DNA of 64,000 nt from Convolutriloba macropyga (GCF_964194025.1 NC_134469.1:43772001-43836000); one strand, 5' to 3'; counted from the first letter of the stretch, positions 49,129-60,352 are shown. The notes: a model not told the origin generated them from the sequence alone. Numbers and translations are program-made.

Positions 49129-49878
49129 ATGGTTATAAAATGTTTAGAGTGTAACTATAAATGTGGAAACATTGCTTGTTTAAAATATCATTACGAATCA
49201 TGTCATAAAGATAAAATTGATAAATGTATATGTCGTAATATAACAATAAGTGCTATTTGTGCTAATGATTTTTCTCCATGGGGTTGTTCTTTAAAAAATG
49301 AATCTAGTTCTGGTTCTGGTTCTAGCTCTAACTCTAGTTCTGGTTCTGGTTCTGATTCTAGTTATAACTCTAGTTCTAACTCAGACCCTAACCCTAACTC
49401 TAACTCAGTCCCTAACCTTAACCCTAACCCTAATCCTAACCCTAACTATAACTCAGAAGTATTAATCAGTGAAGGGGACGAAGTCCTTAGTACCCCAACT
49501 GCCCCGCAGATCAGAAATTGTAATAAATGTAATTATATAAAACCACTAACTGATTTTGATGAGAGTAAGTATACATGTAGAAGTTGTACTTCAGCTAAAG
49601 TTAATTGTCCATATTGTGCTTCTATTGTGAGATATGATGGGATACGAGCCCATGTACAGAAACAGCATCCAGGTGTAGAATTAACTAAAGGATTTAGTAG
49701 AAATCTAACTGAAAAACAAAGTTCTAGAACTGAAAGTACTTTAGCCATTAGACAAAATGAAGAAGATTGCTCATGTAAATATTATAATTTTGTATTATTT
49801 CTTATTAATAATGGAATAAATATAGAAAAAGTAAAAGAAAATATAAATTTATTAAAAAGTATAGATAATTTGAAATAA
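49129..49878 (+). CDS. Multi-zinc-finger protein with Ser/Gly and Pro-Asn low-complexity linker, 249 aa
   Basis: CLEC...HYESCH, CNKC..KPLTDF..CRSC, CPYC...HVQKQH. Confidence 0.8.
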   Translation: MVIKCLECNYKCGNIACLKYHYESCHKDKIDKCICRNITISAICANDFSPWGCSLKNESSSGSGSSSNSSSGSGSDSSYNSSSNSDPNPNSNSVPNLNPNPNPNPNYNSEVLISEGDEVLSTPTAPQIRNCNKCNYIKPLTDFDESKYTCRSCTSAKVNCPYCASIVRYDGIRAHVQKQHPGVELTKGFSRNLTEKQSSRTESTLAIRQNEEDCSCKYYNFVLFLINNGINIEKVKENINLLKSIDNLK

Positions 49879-50262
49879 AAGTATAAAAAATATAAAAATT
49901 TATAAAAATTTATAAAAAGAGGGAATCACTCCTTAAGAGTGAAAAAGAGCGATATTTTCTACTGGGGGATAACTCCGAATAAGAGTGAATCGCTCTTAAA
50001 GAGTGAAATGTAAATTTGGCTTTGATTTTTTAACTTTTATCTTATTTTTAATTTAAATTAATTTCTGATTAATTTTTGATCCAATATAGAGAGAATATAG
50101 AGAGAATATTCAAGAAGACATTGAAAAAAAAACACTTATCACTGTGTTTCCACCGATCTCAGTGTTTTTGACTGTATACCCATCACAGTGTGTCCCATAT
50201 ACAGTCTCACAGCAGGGATCATCCTTTTTAAGAACTGTGAATTTGTTTTTTTTGTTTTTTTT

Positions 50263-50423
50263 ATCTCACTTAGTTTCATATTTTTTTTTCATCAGAATCC
50301 TGAAAGGCGGCATCGCCAATCGGGGGACGTTCACTGGAGTCAGTGAGGAAGGAACCCCAAACCTTCCGTTTGCTAAAGCAACTTAACTAGACTCGATGAT
50401 TTAACCACTACGCCAAGTGAGAC
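50263..50423 (-). ncRNA. Candidate Pol III/tRNA-like structured RNA, unit A
   Basis: Starts GTCTCACT-TGGCGTAGTGG (canonical A box); degenerate B box GGTTCCTTCC; stem TCACTG-actc-CAGTGA; possible terminal pairing with CTAAGTGAGAT. Confidence 0.4.
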
Positions 50424-50550
50424 AGGAAGTTTTAGTTTTAGATTGGTTAAATATTGATTAGGGGAATATATGAAAATTTTAATTATTTTAATATTTTCAT
50501 TTTTTTGTTCAAGTTTTTTCGCAATTTGGTTTTACGTGCTTCTTAGTTTT

Positions 50551-50665
50551 ATACTAGTACTGGGATACGTCCACCGGAGTCGGTGGGGATAGAACCCGAA
50601 CTCTCCGTCTGATAATGGTTAATTACCAGCTTAACTCTGTACTAGTGGTTTGCACTAAGTGAGAC
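50551..50665 (-). ncRNA. Candidate Pol III/tRNA-like structured RNA, unit B (paralog of A)
   Basis: Starts GTCTCACTTAG; B-box-like GGTTCTATCCC; stem CCACCG-actc-CGGTGG; closing stem ACTAGTAC/GTACTAGT. Confidence 0.4.
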
Positions 50666-50825
50666 AAGAAAGGATAGTTTTTAATTGTATAAGAAGTGAA
50701 TATAGAGTGAATATACAGTAGTAGATAAAACAGGGAAACCAGCAAGCAGTAAAATTTGTTCCTACTCGACATGCGCGATTAGCGTTAGGAGAAAAGGAAC
50801 AAATTTTAGGTGGTGGCTGGTTTCC

Positions 50826-50958
50826 AATGTGAAATTACTCAAAAAATGAGCTATTCGATCAAAATTTTAATGTGTGTAGAGTAATTGTAAAATGTGGCAT
50901 CCCAGCGAACGTTGAGCGAACGTTGAGGGTGCGCTGGGATCCACATTTTACAATTACT
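50826..50958 (-). repeat. Right terminal inverted repeat (133 bp)
   Basis: Reverse complement of 35340-35470. Confidence 0.95.
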
Positions 50959-50964
50959 ATGGCA

Positions 50965-53900
50965 ACAGTAAACGACAAATCAATTGACTAAACGCTTCGC
51001 AAATGTTTTGCACGAAAACATAATATACTGACGGACTTGAAACCGTCGGACAAAACTGGTCAAGTAAGTTGATCTCGGACGCAAGTGGGAGATCAGACTT
51101 TGTTTTTAGACCACCAACGCCAACACCGTCAAAACAACCAAGCAAACACAGCTTAGAAACCATTGTGTGCATTCCTCTTGTTATTTTATGGAGAAAAACC
51201 TGAAGAAAACGAAAGAGTGCAAGGCCAAATTAACAATTTTTTGATTCGGATCCATGTGCAAAGGTACGCAACCATCATCAAGTAAGAAGACCGTGAAATG
51301 AATGCAAGGAGTAAAAAAGATACGAACGCCAAACAACCATCGTTCTCAATTCATCAGTGAGAGGGAAAGATCACACCTGAGTTGAATATAAAAAAACAGT
51401 AATGAATATCAAAAACAAAATAATAGAATTTTAATAAAAGAAAATATTCATCTCAGAATAAAATGGCTGCATTCAAACCTGCTAGAACAACCGTTGAATC
51501 ATGCAAACCCGCCTTCAAACCTGCCAGAACGCACAACAAGCTGAAGCAAAACTTCAGCCATTTAAAGATTTTCCAGAATAAAAAATTCTCGTTGATTAAC
51601 GTCATTATATTTCTGGGTCAATTTGCTTATGAGCTGCAACGGCCAATTTCCTCCAACTGGACTTTCCTAGACAGAGAACCCCAGTCTACTGTTCAATAGA
51701 GAGAGAACACCAAAAAGTTATGCAGATTCAACAGAATTAGGATGTGTTGTCAAAGAACAATGGAAGGACAAAAGAGGAAAACTATAATTTACCCTTCTTG
51801 CTTCACAGAAGAAGTGAGGGCGACTAAGAATATCAGAACATGTTAAGACATACTTCAAAAACAGTCATCTTTAGTCAGTTAGTGGAAAAAAGATTCCCCA
51901 CCACAAAAGATATTAGAGAGTGCAAGTAAACAATCGAAGGGAACAAGAATCAAGTCTAACACGTAACAACAATTTAGTCCAAAAAAAGGTGGAGACACTA
52001 AACAAATAAGATACATACGGGATTTTCAATAAAAAAAGTTGCTACATGAACAAAAGTTAAACCCGGACAAGTTGAGCAAAATTTTAGGCTACAGCCAGGA
52101 CCGGATCTACACGGGTTGTTTGTATTCATAATCTGATTTCGTGGAGGAACAAAATAACCGACAACCCATATGGAATTGAGATTTCAATATGTGCAACTAC
52201 GCAAACAGCCTAAAAGTTTTTTTTTATGTTTCTATGTTTTCCATGAGTCAATGAACTTGTTCAAACATATATCAGCGGACCTTATCGGAAGCCATGAGTA
52301 CTCAAACTTCTGCATTATATGCTTTCAAACAATTGGTACTCGAAAAAAAGACAAAATTTCCAATTGCAGCAAGGGCGTTACAACTAAACCTCTAGAATGG
52401 CAATGGGAAAAACTCTGTGAACACACCAAATGAAGCAAACCAATTCCTCAAAAAGTTACAAAGTTTCTTCTCATCGCATCAAGCTGCAGATGTGGGTTTG
52501 CAACAGCGATGTGGTTGCCCAAGCAATCCCGGAGGCCGTGAAACTGGTCAGCAAAGAAAAAACCTGTTGTTGAACCCAATACAGAGGTCTCTTCGGTACT
52601 TGATGCCAATAGATAAGTGTAAAAATTAATGACTCAGAGGAAATATCCTTCACTACAGTCCCCTGTATTTGGTCAAAGTGAACTGTTTTCGCCGTTCAGT
52701 ATTCAGATGAGAAGACCACTAAAATTATATTTGTCTAAGGAAAAGACAGAAACGGACAGATACAACTTTCTTCTGAAGTAGGAACTAGCAATAAAAACAT
52801 CTTGAATCAAGCGCAGAACAGTACTGAGCTTCTTATATCTACTGATAATTCTAACATCTCAATGTTTTTAGGGGGCTGTTTACGTCTACAACAAAAAAAA
52901 CTAATCTTAAAGTTCGCATTTGGAATTGAAAAATGGAAAGTCGCACCACAGAGGCATTTTCCAATACAGAGTTTTGAATTGCAAGCACCGGTCATGGCAG
53001 TGACATAGAAAGAACAAATAGTCAGAAAACAAGAAACAAAAATTCAAAATTGCAGCTTTTGTGTTGGTCAGACTAAACGACCTATCTGCAAATTATTCAT
53101 GGTCTCATAGTACATAGCGAACTTTCGAAGCAAATAATTAGGCTGGCATACTGGATACAAATAATTTTTCACAAAAGATAAAAGTCAGCGATATCAAAAA
53201 AAGCACCGAAAACGGCAGCAAAGCAATAAAAATTCAAAATCAGAATAAAGGGTTAGATCACTCTGCCGTCACGTTTGGCGAAACCAGAAAACAAATCACC
53301 AGTGAACATCGCTCTGCTTCAGAGGAAGAAATCACAATCGCCTTGATTTGCACGAAACAAGCTTCAGAAAAAAAACAAAGTATAGGCACATTGGAGAAAA
53401 AAAATATTGAAAAAGATTGTAGGCATTGATTAAAAAAAGGAAATATCAGCAGGAAGAGTAACTGAAAAACAGCAAAGCTACGCATGGAATATCCGTGTTT
53501 GTTGAAATGGTAGTTTTTGACGCCAAAAACAGGAAAGGCAAATTCACTTGGGTTTCAAAACATTACGCTGATGCAATTTAACTATTACGCAATCAAGCTT
53601 CAATTTCCAAGTAATTAGTTTACGACCATTTGGAAGACACAAAAGCTGTGAAAAGCATTGTGCAAAATATGATGTCAATCCTGGCCCTTCAAAGTGATTT
53701 ACGATTGATCAAAATCAATTGTTTATCCTGATGAAAAGACAGACTACTAAATTAACACCCTCAATGGCAGAATTAAGTGGAAAACAGTACAATGCATTAG
53801 CAAACTTGAGAGATGCTTCAGTGGAAAAAATTGTCTCCCTCATTGTGATTTTTAGGCAACGAAACTAAAGTTGTTAAAACTCAGTAAACATGTCTAACTG

Positions 53901-54350
53901 TGAGAGTGATGCCTAGAGATTATTACACGTAAGCAGACACATAAAATTGTCCCAGCGCAATAATGAGACATGCTATTTAAGTGGCGATCCATTTACAATT
54001 ATCATTGGCAACAGTTTGTTGGAGCTGTGCATCAGTGTGCAGAGTTGGTCAGCGCACAAAAATTGAAGCGACAGAAATATATTTGATTCACTAAGGTATC
54101 AAATTAGCATTGGACCTGCACACAGAGTCCAATATTTGAGGGGCATAGAAATGGTGGTCAGAAAATGCAGGAAGGACCTGCACGCCATTTGGTAGAAATG
54201 GTGGATCATGGAGTACGGTCTGTTGGCATCAAAAAATGTTTTTGAACAAACAATGAACTCAAGACCACTCACACCATAAAGATGTCATAGAGGCTACAGC
54301 AATATGTGCCCAACTTATCTGCATCCGCGCAAAATTTTTTACTATTGAAA
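50965..54350 (+). mobile_element. Very decayed retroelement-like sequence (possibly Ty3/Gypsy pol) next to the Polinton
   Basis: A-rich coding-like strand bias with scattered traces such as KKGGD, KLNPDK..LGY and QAPVMA. No long ORF. Confidence 0.3.
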
Positions 54351-56914
54351 ACCCATACACTTTGACAAACTCAACCTCAGTAATATCCCTAATGATATCT
54401 CTTCCGTAAACATCTATATCCAACTTTGAATAGTCGGCAAAAAGGGCCAGCTATAGCAAACGAAAACCTTCAAGGAACGATCTTGTTTGATTTTTTGATT
54501 GAAGCAGTTTACAAAAACATTAACCCTGGTTTGGTTGCGGAGATTATTGCAGAATCTGATGGTGTAATTCGATGAACTAAGCTTGAAACAACCAAAGGAG
54601 TCCATAAGAGATCAATAGTAAACCTTGCTCTTGTAATGCTTAATAGGAAAAACAATGATTTAACGATAGAAAACAGGGCTTTGCTTTGCTGTGGGAGTTG
54701 CTCAATTTTATTATAAATAAACAAACGCATCGCAAGTTACTGTTAACCATAAGTTGTTATTAAAAAGTCATAACAAAGTTAATGCTGCATTGAATCAAAG
54801 TCCAAGTGCTTTGTTCACGATCCGACATCGTATTGAGTTACAATTTTCTTTAGTACCTGAATGTTATGTTTGAATTGAAAGTGAATATCATTTTCAAGTA
54901 ACTTTACTATCAGAAATCGGAATCGCCACGGAAGTACAATTTACGAACTCACATTTAAAAGGTATCAATGTGTTTAACCATATTGTTTCGGGATTATATC
55001 TGCTGTTGGAAAAACTATATTTAAAAAATGTTCTATTTTGCCAGCAATTTTGCCGTGACACCACTTTTACACTGAGCAACCGACAATATGGAAAAGTGTT
55101 TTCATTAATTCAACATCTTTTCCTAAAAGCAAAAAAAACATGCGAATTTAACATGTAGGTCACGTTACTGGCTGACTAAATAAGGCTTGAAGAACACCAT
55201 AAAACTACAGATGAATATTTATACATAAATTTCTATTAAAAATACACATAAAAGTATTTAATACTCATAACGTGGTCTTTCAGACTGATATAAAGTTCGG
55301 GTTAAGGCAAACCGGGTTTTCGATTGGTATATTTCTTGTTGCTTTGTTTTACCCCTGCTAATCATTTTAATGCAGCTTAACTAACTTTGATTTTTGAATG
55401 AAATTATTAACCTTGATATCCTAATTCTTGTTTTCTGAGTAACAAATATCCTAAGAATGATCTTCTAGATACAAGATACAGCGTTAGTTTTTCTTACTGG
55501 CTTTAACGAAGTCTACTCAAGTCCAACATCTTCGTCGTTCTTGAAACCAGAAGAAATTTACTTACATTTAAATTACTTTTGTCGTTTACCTTTAAAGTAA
55601 CCTTGTGTTTTTCTATAATATTCGTAAAAGAAAGCTAGAGTTTTGCATTTACTTTGATGGGATGGGAATTCGAAAATTGCCTTTATATTCTTAAACATAC
55701 GTTCAAAGTCTTTCATAATTGAAATTAATAGCCATTTGTAGTTAAAATTTCTGCTTTTTCGACTGAAAGATTTTTCCATATTCTCAGCGAAACAAGTTTG
55801 TTGGTAAGCAAAGCTGAACGATTATTAAATGTATTAATACATTGTAACTGATAATACTGTTAACAAATACTATCCGCAAGAGTTTTATAGCCGGACAGAT
55901 TTCAAACCGCTTAAACAAACGGGGAGGTGTAAAACGTTCTTTCCTTGTCTTAAGTGGGAGAGCAGCCGATACAAGCAACAAAGTTCTGCTTCTCAAATCT
56001 AAAGTATTAATCCTTAGATTATATAAGAGGTAACTCTCTCTATTGAGATCCTATTTAAGCGCTTCATCTGATCCTAAATTGTCAACAGTAAATTGTTAAA
56101 AGGCGCTAAAAACTAATTGAATCCGATTCTAGTTCTGTATAATTTTAATTCTCAAATCCGGTACAAGTTTTCAGTTTTCTAATATTTTGTTCCTGTCGTA
56201 CGTACCTCAATTACAATGTACACCTGAAGATTTTAGTTGTTTGGTAATATGATAGATGGAAGCAAGTTGCGTTTACGCTAATTTCTGCTTTTTTCTCGGC
56301 TGAGCCGGTCTTTCATCATGAGTATGTCGATCATGAGTGGCAAACATTCCGACAATCATAGCCCCTACAAACAAGAATGATGTTTGAGCACAAAAGGCAG
56401 AAGTTTTGTGTATGTTGTTATTTATAGCAAATGGTATCGTTATCATTACTCCAACAATTATACATTTACCCCTAGAACACTGATTCAGACGCCTTCACCG
56501 CCAAGGAAATGTTTTCTTCTCAGATTTTTTCGAAAATCCTCAGATCATATTAATTCTAAGGTTTTGTTGGTGGATCTCATCAAAACGCTACGTGCCAAAA
56601 TTTTTAATTACTACTTATATCCGAAATAAATATTAGCTTCTATTTGATGATTTTTTAACTTTACTATTGCGTGTAATGTAATTACGACATACAACTGAGT
56701 AGGTCAGTTTTTTCGTGATTATAGTATGAATCAAGATAATGAAATTCAGGATGTTTGGGTTAATTCTCGCATGTCACCTTGAAACCGGACCATCCAGTCA
56801 AAAATTTATCAGCAAATTAACCGGAAAGACCAGAGTATAATATATAAAGTATGACACCGGAAATAATATAAAGTATGTAAAGTATGACACCGGAAGTCAA
56901 ATGAAGTTATTTTC

Positions 56915-57709
56915 GCTACAAAATGATTTAAACAAAGCTATCAAATGGTCAAAAGAATACAGTTTAGAATTCAACAATGCAAAGTTTGAAGCTATATGAT
57001 TTGATATAAAAAATTTAGATCAGTATAGTGTCCACTTGTATAGAGATGATACAGAAATTAACTGCAAATCTTCGGTGAATGATCTTGGTATAGTTATTAC
57101 TAATAATTTGAAAGGGGACAGTCATATCAATGAGCGATTATCGAAGGCACAACAAAAGCTTTTTTTCTTGAGAGAAACGTTCCCTTTTCTACAAATACGA
57201 GAGTAAAAGTAAGTTTATACAAAAGTTACATTTTATCAATTCACCTTTACGCATCAAATGTATGGTTCTCGAATTGGTCAAAATGCAGAAAACTAGAAAA
57301 GATGCAAAGACGAGCGCTCAAGTGGCCTTTGAATAAGAAATTTTTTACCGATAGTGACTACAATCAGAACCTCATTTACAGCAATTTGTTGCCAATCAGT
57401 TTTCTTTTGGTTCGAAATGATCTCTTTATGCAGAGCAAAATTTTTAACTGCGATACTGCCCTTAAGTTTGATGATTATTGGAAAGTGTTCAAGGGACCAC
57501 GCAATAACTGTTCTGCAGCAAAACAATTTTTGAGAACAAATTTTAATTGGACGAAATCAATCAAATTGGAAGAGTATTTTGTTTTGAGAGTTGTGAAATA
57601 TGCAAATGTTCTCACCCAGCGAAACGACATCTCAACTTTTGACATGTCCAACGGTGTTATTTCGGAAACAGCTGAACTCTCTGTTGAAATTAAAGGCTGT
57701 GAACTTTAA
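56915..57709 (+). mobile_element. 3' fragment of a non-LTR retrotransposon RT
   Basis: LQNDLNKAIKWSKEYSLEFNNAK, VNDLGIVITNNLK..HIN, LYKSYILSI..YASNVW and LEKMQRRALKW are typical post-YADD LINE motifs; frameshifted. Confidence 0.8.
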
Positions 57710-57944
57710 ATACTATCAGTATCCTGTTAATTGGTCCTGTTTTTGTAATTAATTAACAAAGTGATTCCCGCATCGCGGGTACCAAGTCAATTTAATATTA
57801 ATGATAAGAATCATCGCAGTTAATTTTCTTTTGCTCATTTCGTTCATTTCTCGAGTTTTTTACCCCACAGTTTCCCAGCTCGAGTTTTTTCTAAAGTCTC
57901 GAATAGAAGTGTCCCCTTTTGAAACAGTTAGATTTGAAACTGAC

Positions 57945-58118
57945 CTAATCCAGTTCTGAACTCTCTGTGAGCCGTAAACTCCACTATGAAAAGAACGAGT
58001 GTTGCTGCGAGAGTGAGAAGTACTGCCACATCTGCACACAGCTGTCTCACAGGCCATGTGTGGTGATCGTCTTTACTCACGGAGAATAATGCCAGTGCAA
58101 CTGCCAAATTATGAAGCA
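57945..58118 (-). CDS. Probable host exon encoding hydrophobic helices
   Basis: Acceptor ttctttttag|, donor TAG|gtcagt; 174-nt open frame LHNLAVALALFSV...VAVLLTLAATLVLFIVEF; more GC-rich than the flanks. Confidence 0.5.
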
Positions 58119-59755
58119 CTAAAAAGAATAAATTGACTTTCAAACCTAAGGACATATTGTGAATTAAACACAAACCCATGCTTTGATTTGACAGGTTTGA
58201 AAAATTTGAATAAACTGACGGACACTCTTTGGCCTAGACACACTAGTAAATGATTTTTAATATTGTTTATTTATAATAATATTGTTTATAATATTGTTTA
58301 TTTAAGAGATTAATGTCTAGATATAAAAATCTTCATTTCACAATTGATCAAGCTATATGAAATTTCGTGCAATTAAAAACCACTGAATCTATCAGAAAAA
58401 AATATGCCTGCTCTAATGAAAAAAATGGTGCTAATTTTTAGAAAATAATTCTGGTCAAATATTTCAAGACAAAGTTTCATTAGTTTTAGTGATGAATGCT
58501 TTGGTTTGTTGTGAATCTGTTAAAGTATCTTTTACAACTCCCAATCCTTATTATCGTAAAGCAAAGTTGAACATTTCGACAGAGAAATGATCTTTTTGGG
58601 CCAGATCTTTTTGCTTGTCAGATCTTTTTGGGCCAGATCAAAAAAGTTATAAATATAGTAAAATTGAAGTTTTTAAGTTTTAGCAGCACACTCATTTAGC
58701 AATTGTAATATCAAGTACCAAATGTCAATAGATTTTCTTTTTTCTCTTTTTAAATGATATTTTTGTTGGTTTTAATAATTATTTTTAATAAATCCAAAAT
58801 GTTAGTTTAGATTCCGTTTAACTGAAAGATAAACATACAGAACTAATAGCCATATGCACACCCAACCAAAATTTCCAGATTTTCTGTGCTTGTTCCTAGT
58901 TTTATAAGAAACTTGAAAGACGTCTTGGAAGTGTTATAATTTCAGCTAATATCAATAGATTGTTTTAAGCACTGTGCAATATTGTAGAATTAATGATTTA
59001 AAAACTGATGCCTGATTCAGTCCAAGTTGCAACCAAGACACGGTTGCACTGTTTGATCACAGGGTCTTCTTGGGTGCCAATGTACACCACACTGTTGGAA
59101 AGAGTCTCCCCTCCCCGTCTCTGCTTACTACGCAAAACAGCAAATATTATAACCTGGGTCGACTATCAGGAAAGACTTGAACCCAGACGAAGTAGGGTAG
59201 TCTCCCTACCCCAATTATATGGTCAAGACCACAATTAACTTTTCGATCTAAAATTTTTTCAGATGTCAGCCCACGGTACTATATACCCAATGTCGGTCGA
59301 CTACGTTCTTGTCATAAATTGAGCTCTCAACTGGGGAACCGGGGAACACACACATTCTTCCATATCGAAAACCCCAATGTTCCGACGATGTTCTTTAGTT
59401 TGAAAGCGACACCTTCTGGACTAGTTAATCTACCGTTGGGAAAGAAATAGTTCCAAAATGACCAACTTTTCTGGGTTTTCATTTGTGACGTAATTGTATT
59501 ACAACCCAAACAGATATATTCAATAGCCCAAATACGAAAACAATCCAGGTTGAAAAACCCAGACCCAATTAAGCTCTGATCAGCATCAAGTCGAGCGCAT
59601 GAATCGTGAGCTTAGCATTCTTTCAGACGAAAGTTACAGTGTCCTGTAAATAGATTCGAGCGTGCGAAAGTCTGTTCAGAGGTCAGTTCAGCCTGTAGGT
59701 CAATTCATGTCTGTTCAGAGATCTGAGAATTGATCCAGGGAAGATAAAAGCTTAC

Positions 59756-59902
59756 ATTTCCCTGTAGGTGTTAAAGTTGATCCAGTTGATGGTTGTCATT
59801 CGAATGATGTGAACAAGCAGTGCTGGTAGTGCCAATGTGAACCACTCTTCTTCCTGGGGTTGGTTCTTGTCAGCTGCTGCACCAGCCCACCCAAAACGAC
59901 AT
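59756..59902 (-). CDS. Probable host exon (same strand and possibly same gene as 57945-58118)
   Basis: Acceptor ttttttccag|, donor AT|gtaagc; 147-nt open frame CRFGWAGAAADKNQPQEEEWFTLALPALLVHIIRMTTINWINFNTYRE. Confidence 0.5.
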
Positions 59903-60352
59903 CTGGAAAAAAACGGTTAACTTTCGGGGTCCACGTTTCAAAGGAGTCACACTGAGCTTATACCAGACTCAACACAAGTCATAGGATATTTCTTCGTATG
60001 GTCTTATGGTTATAGTGAGATTTTCTATTTTTCAGACAGGGCTTGGTATGATTACCCGTAGTTAGGTCCTAAACCATATCAGGACTGAAACATGATATAC
60101 AAAGAACAACCAGCACTGCGACATGTAATCGGCATTGTAAGCTTGTTATTTAGACAAAACAGTCTTCAGACAGACTGAGATCCATCGATTTTTAACTGAT
60201 TATGATGTTCAAAAAGCTGTTAATTTGATGAACATTCTTTTGTGCACTCTGTCCACACAACTGAACATCATGTTGGGTGATATTATTATGTTCAGGACAA
60301 TCACATGGCATTAAGAAAATTTCGAAAATCGGGCATGTAAATCCAAACGTGA

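Larger units (their letters stand above)
35340..50958 (+). mobile_element. Complete Polinton/Maverick (adintovirus-like, group-2-type) endogenous element, 15,619 bp
   Basis: 6-bp TSD ATGGCA at 35334-35339 and 50959-50964; AGT...ACT termini; TIRs; pPolB, rve integrase, MCP, mCP, protease and ATPase genes; intronless and very AT-rich. Confidence 0.97.

Noticed and set aside
49495-49509. Second PTAP motif, in the zinc-finger protein
   Set aside because: It is encoded by a variant of the dispersed hairpin unit (ctgc-ccc-gcag), so it is probably a by-product; the protein has no membrane segment.
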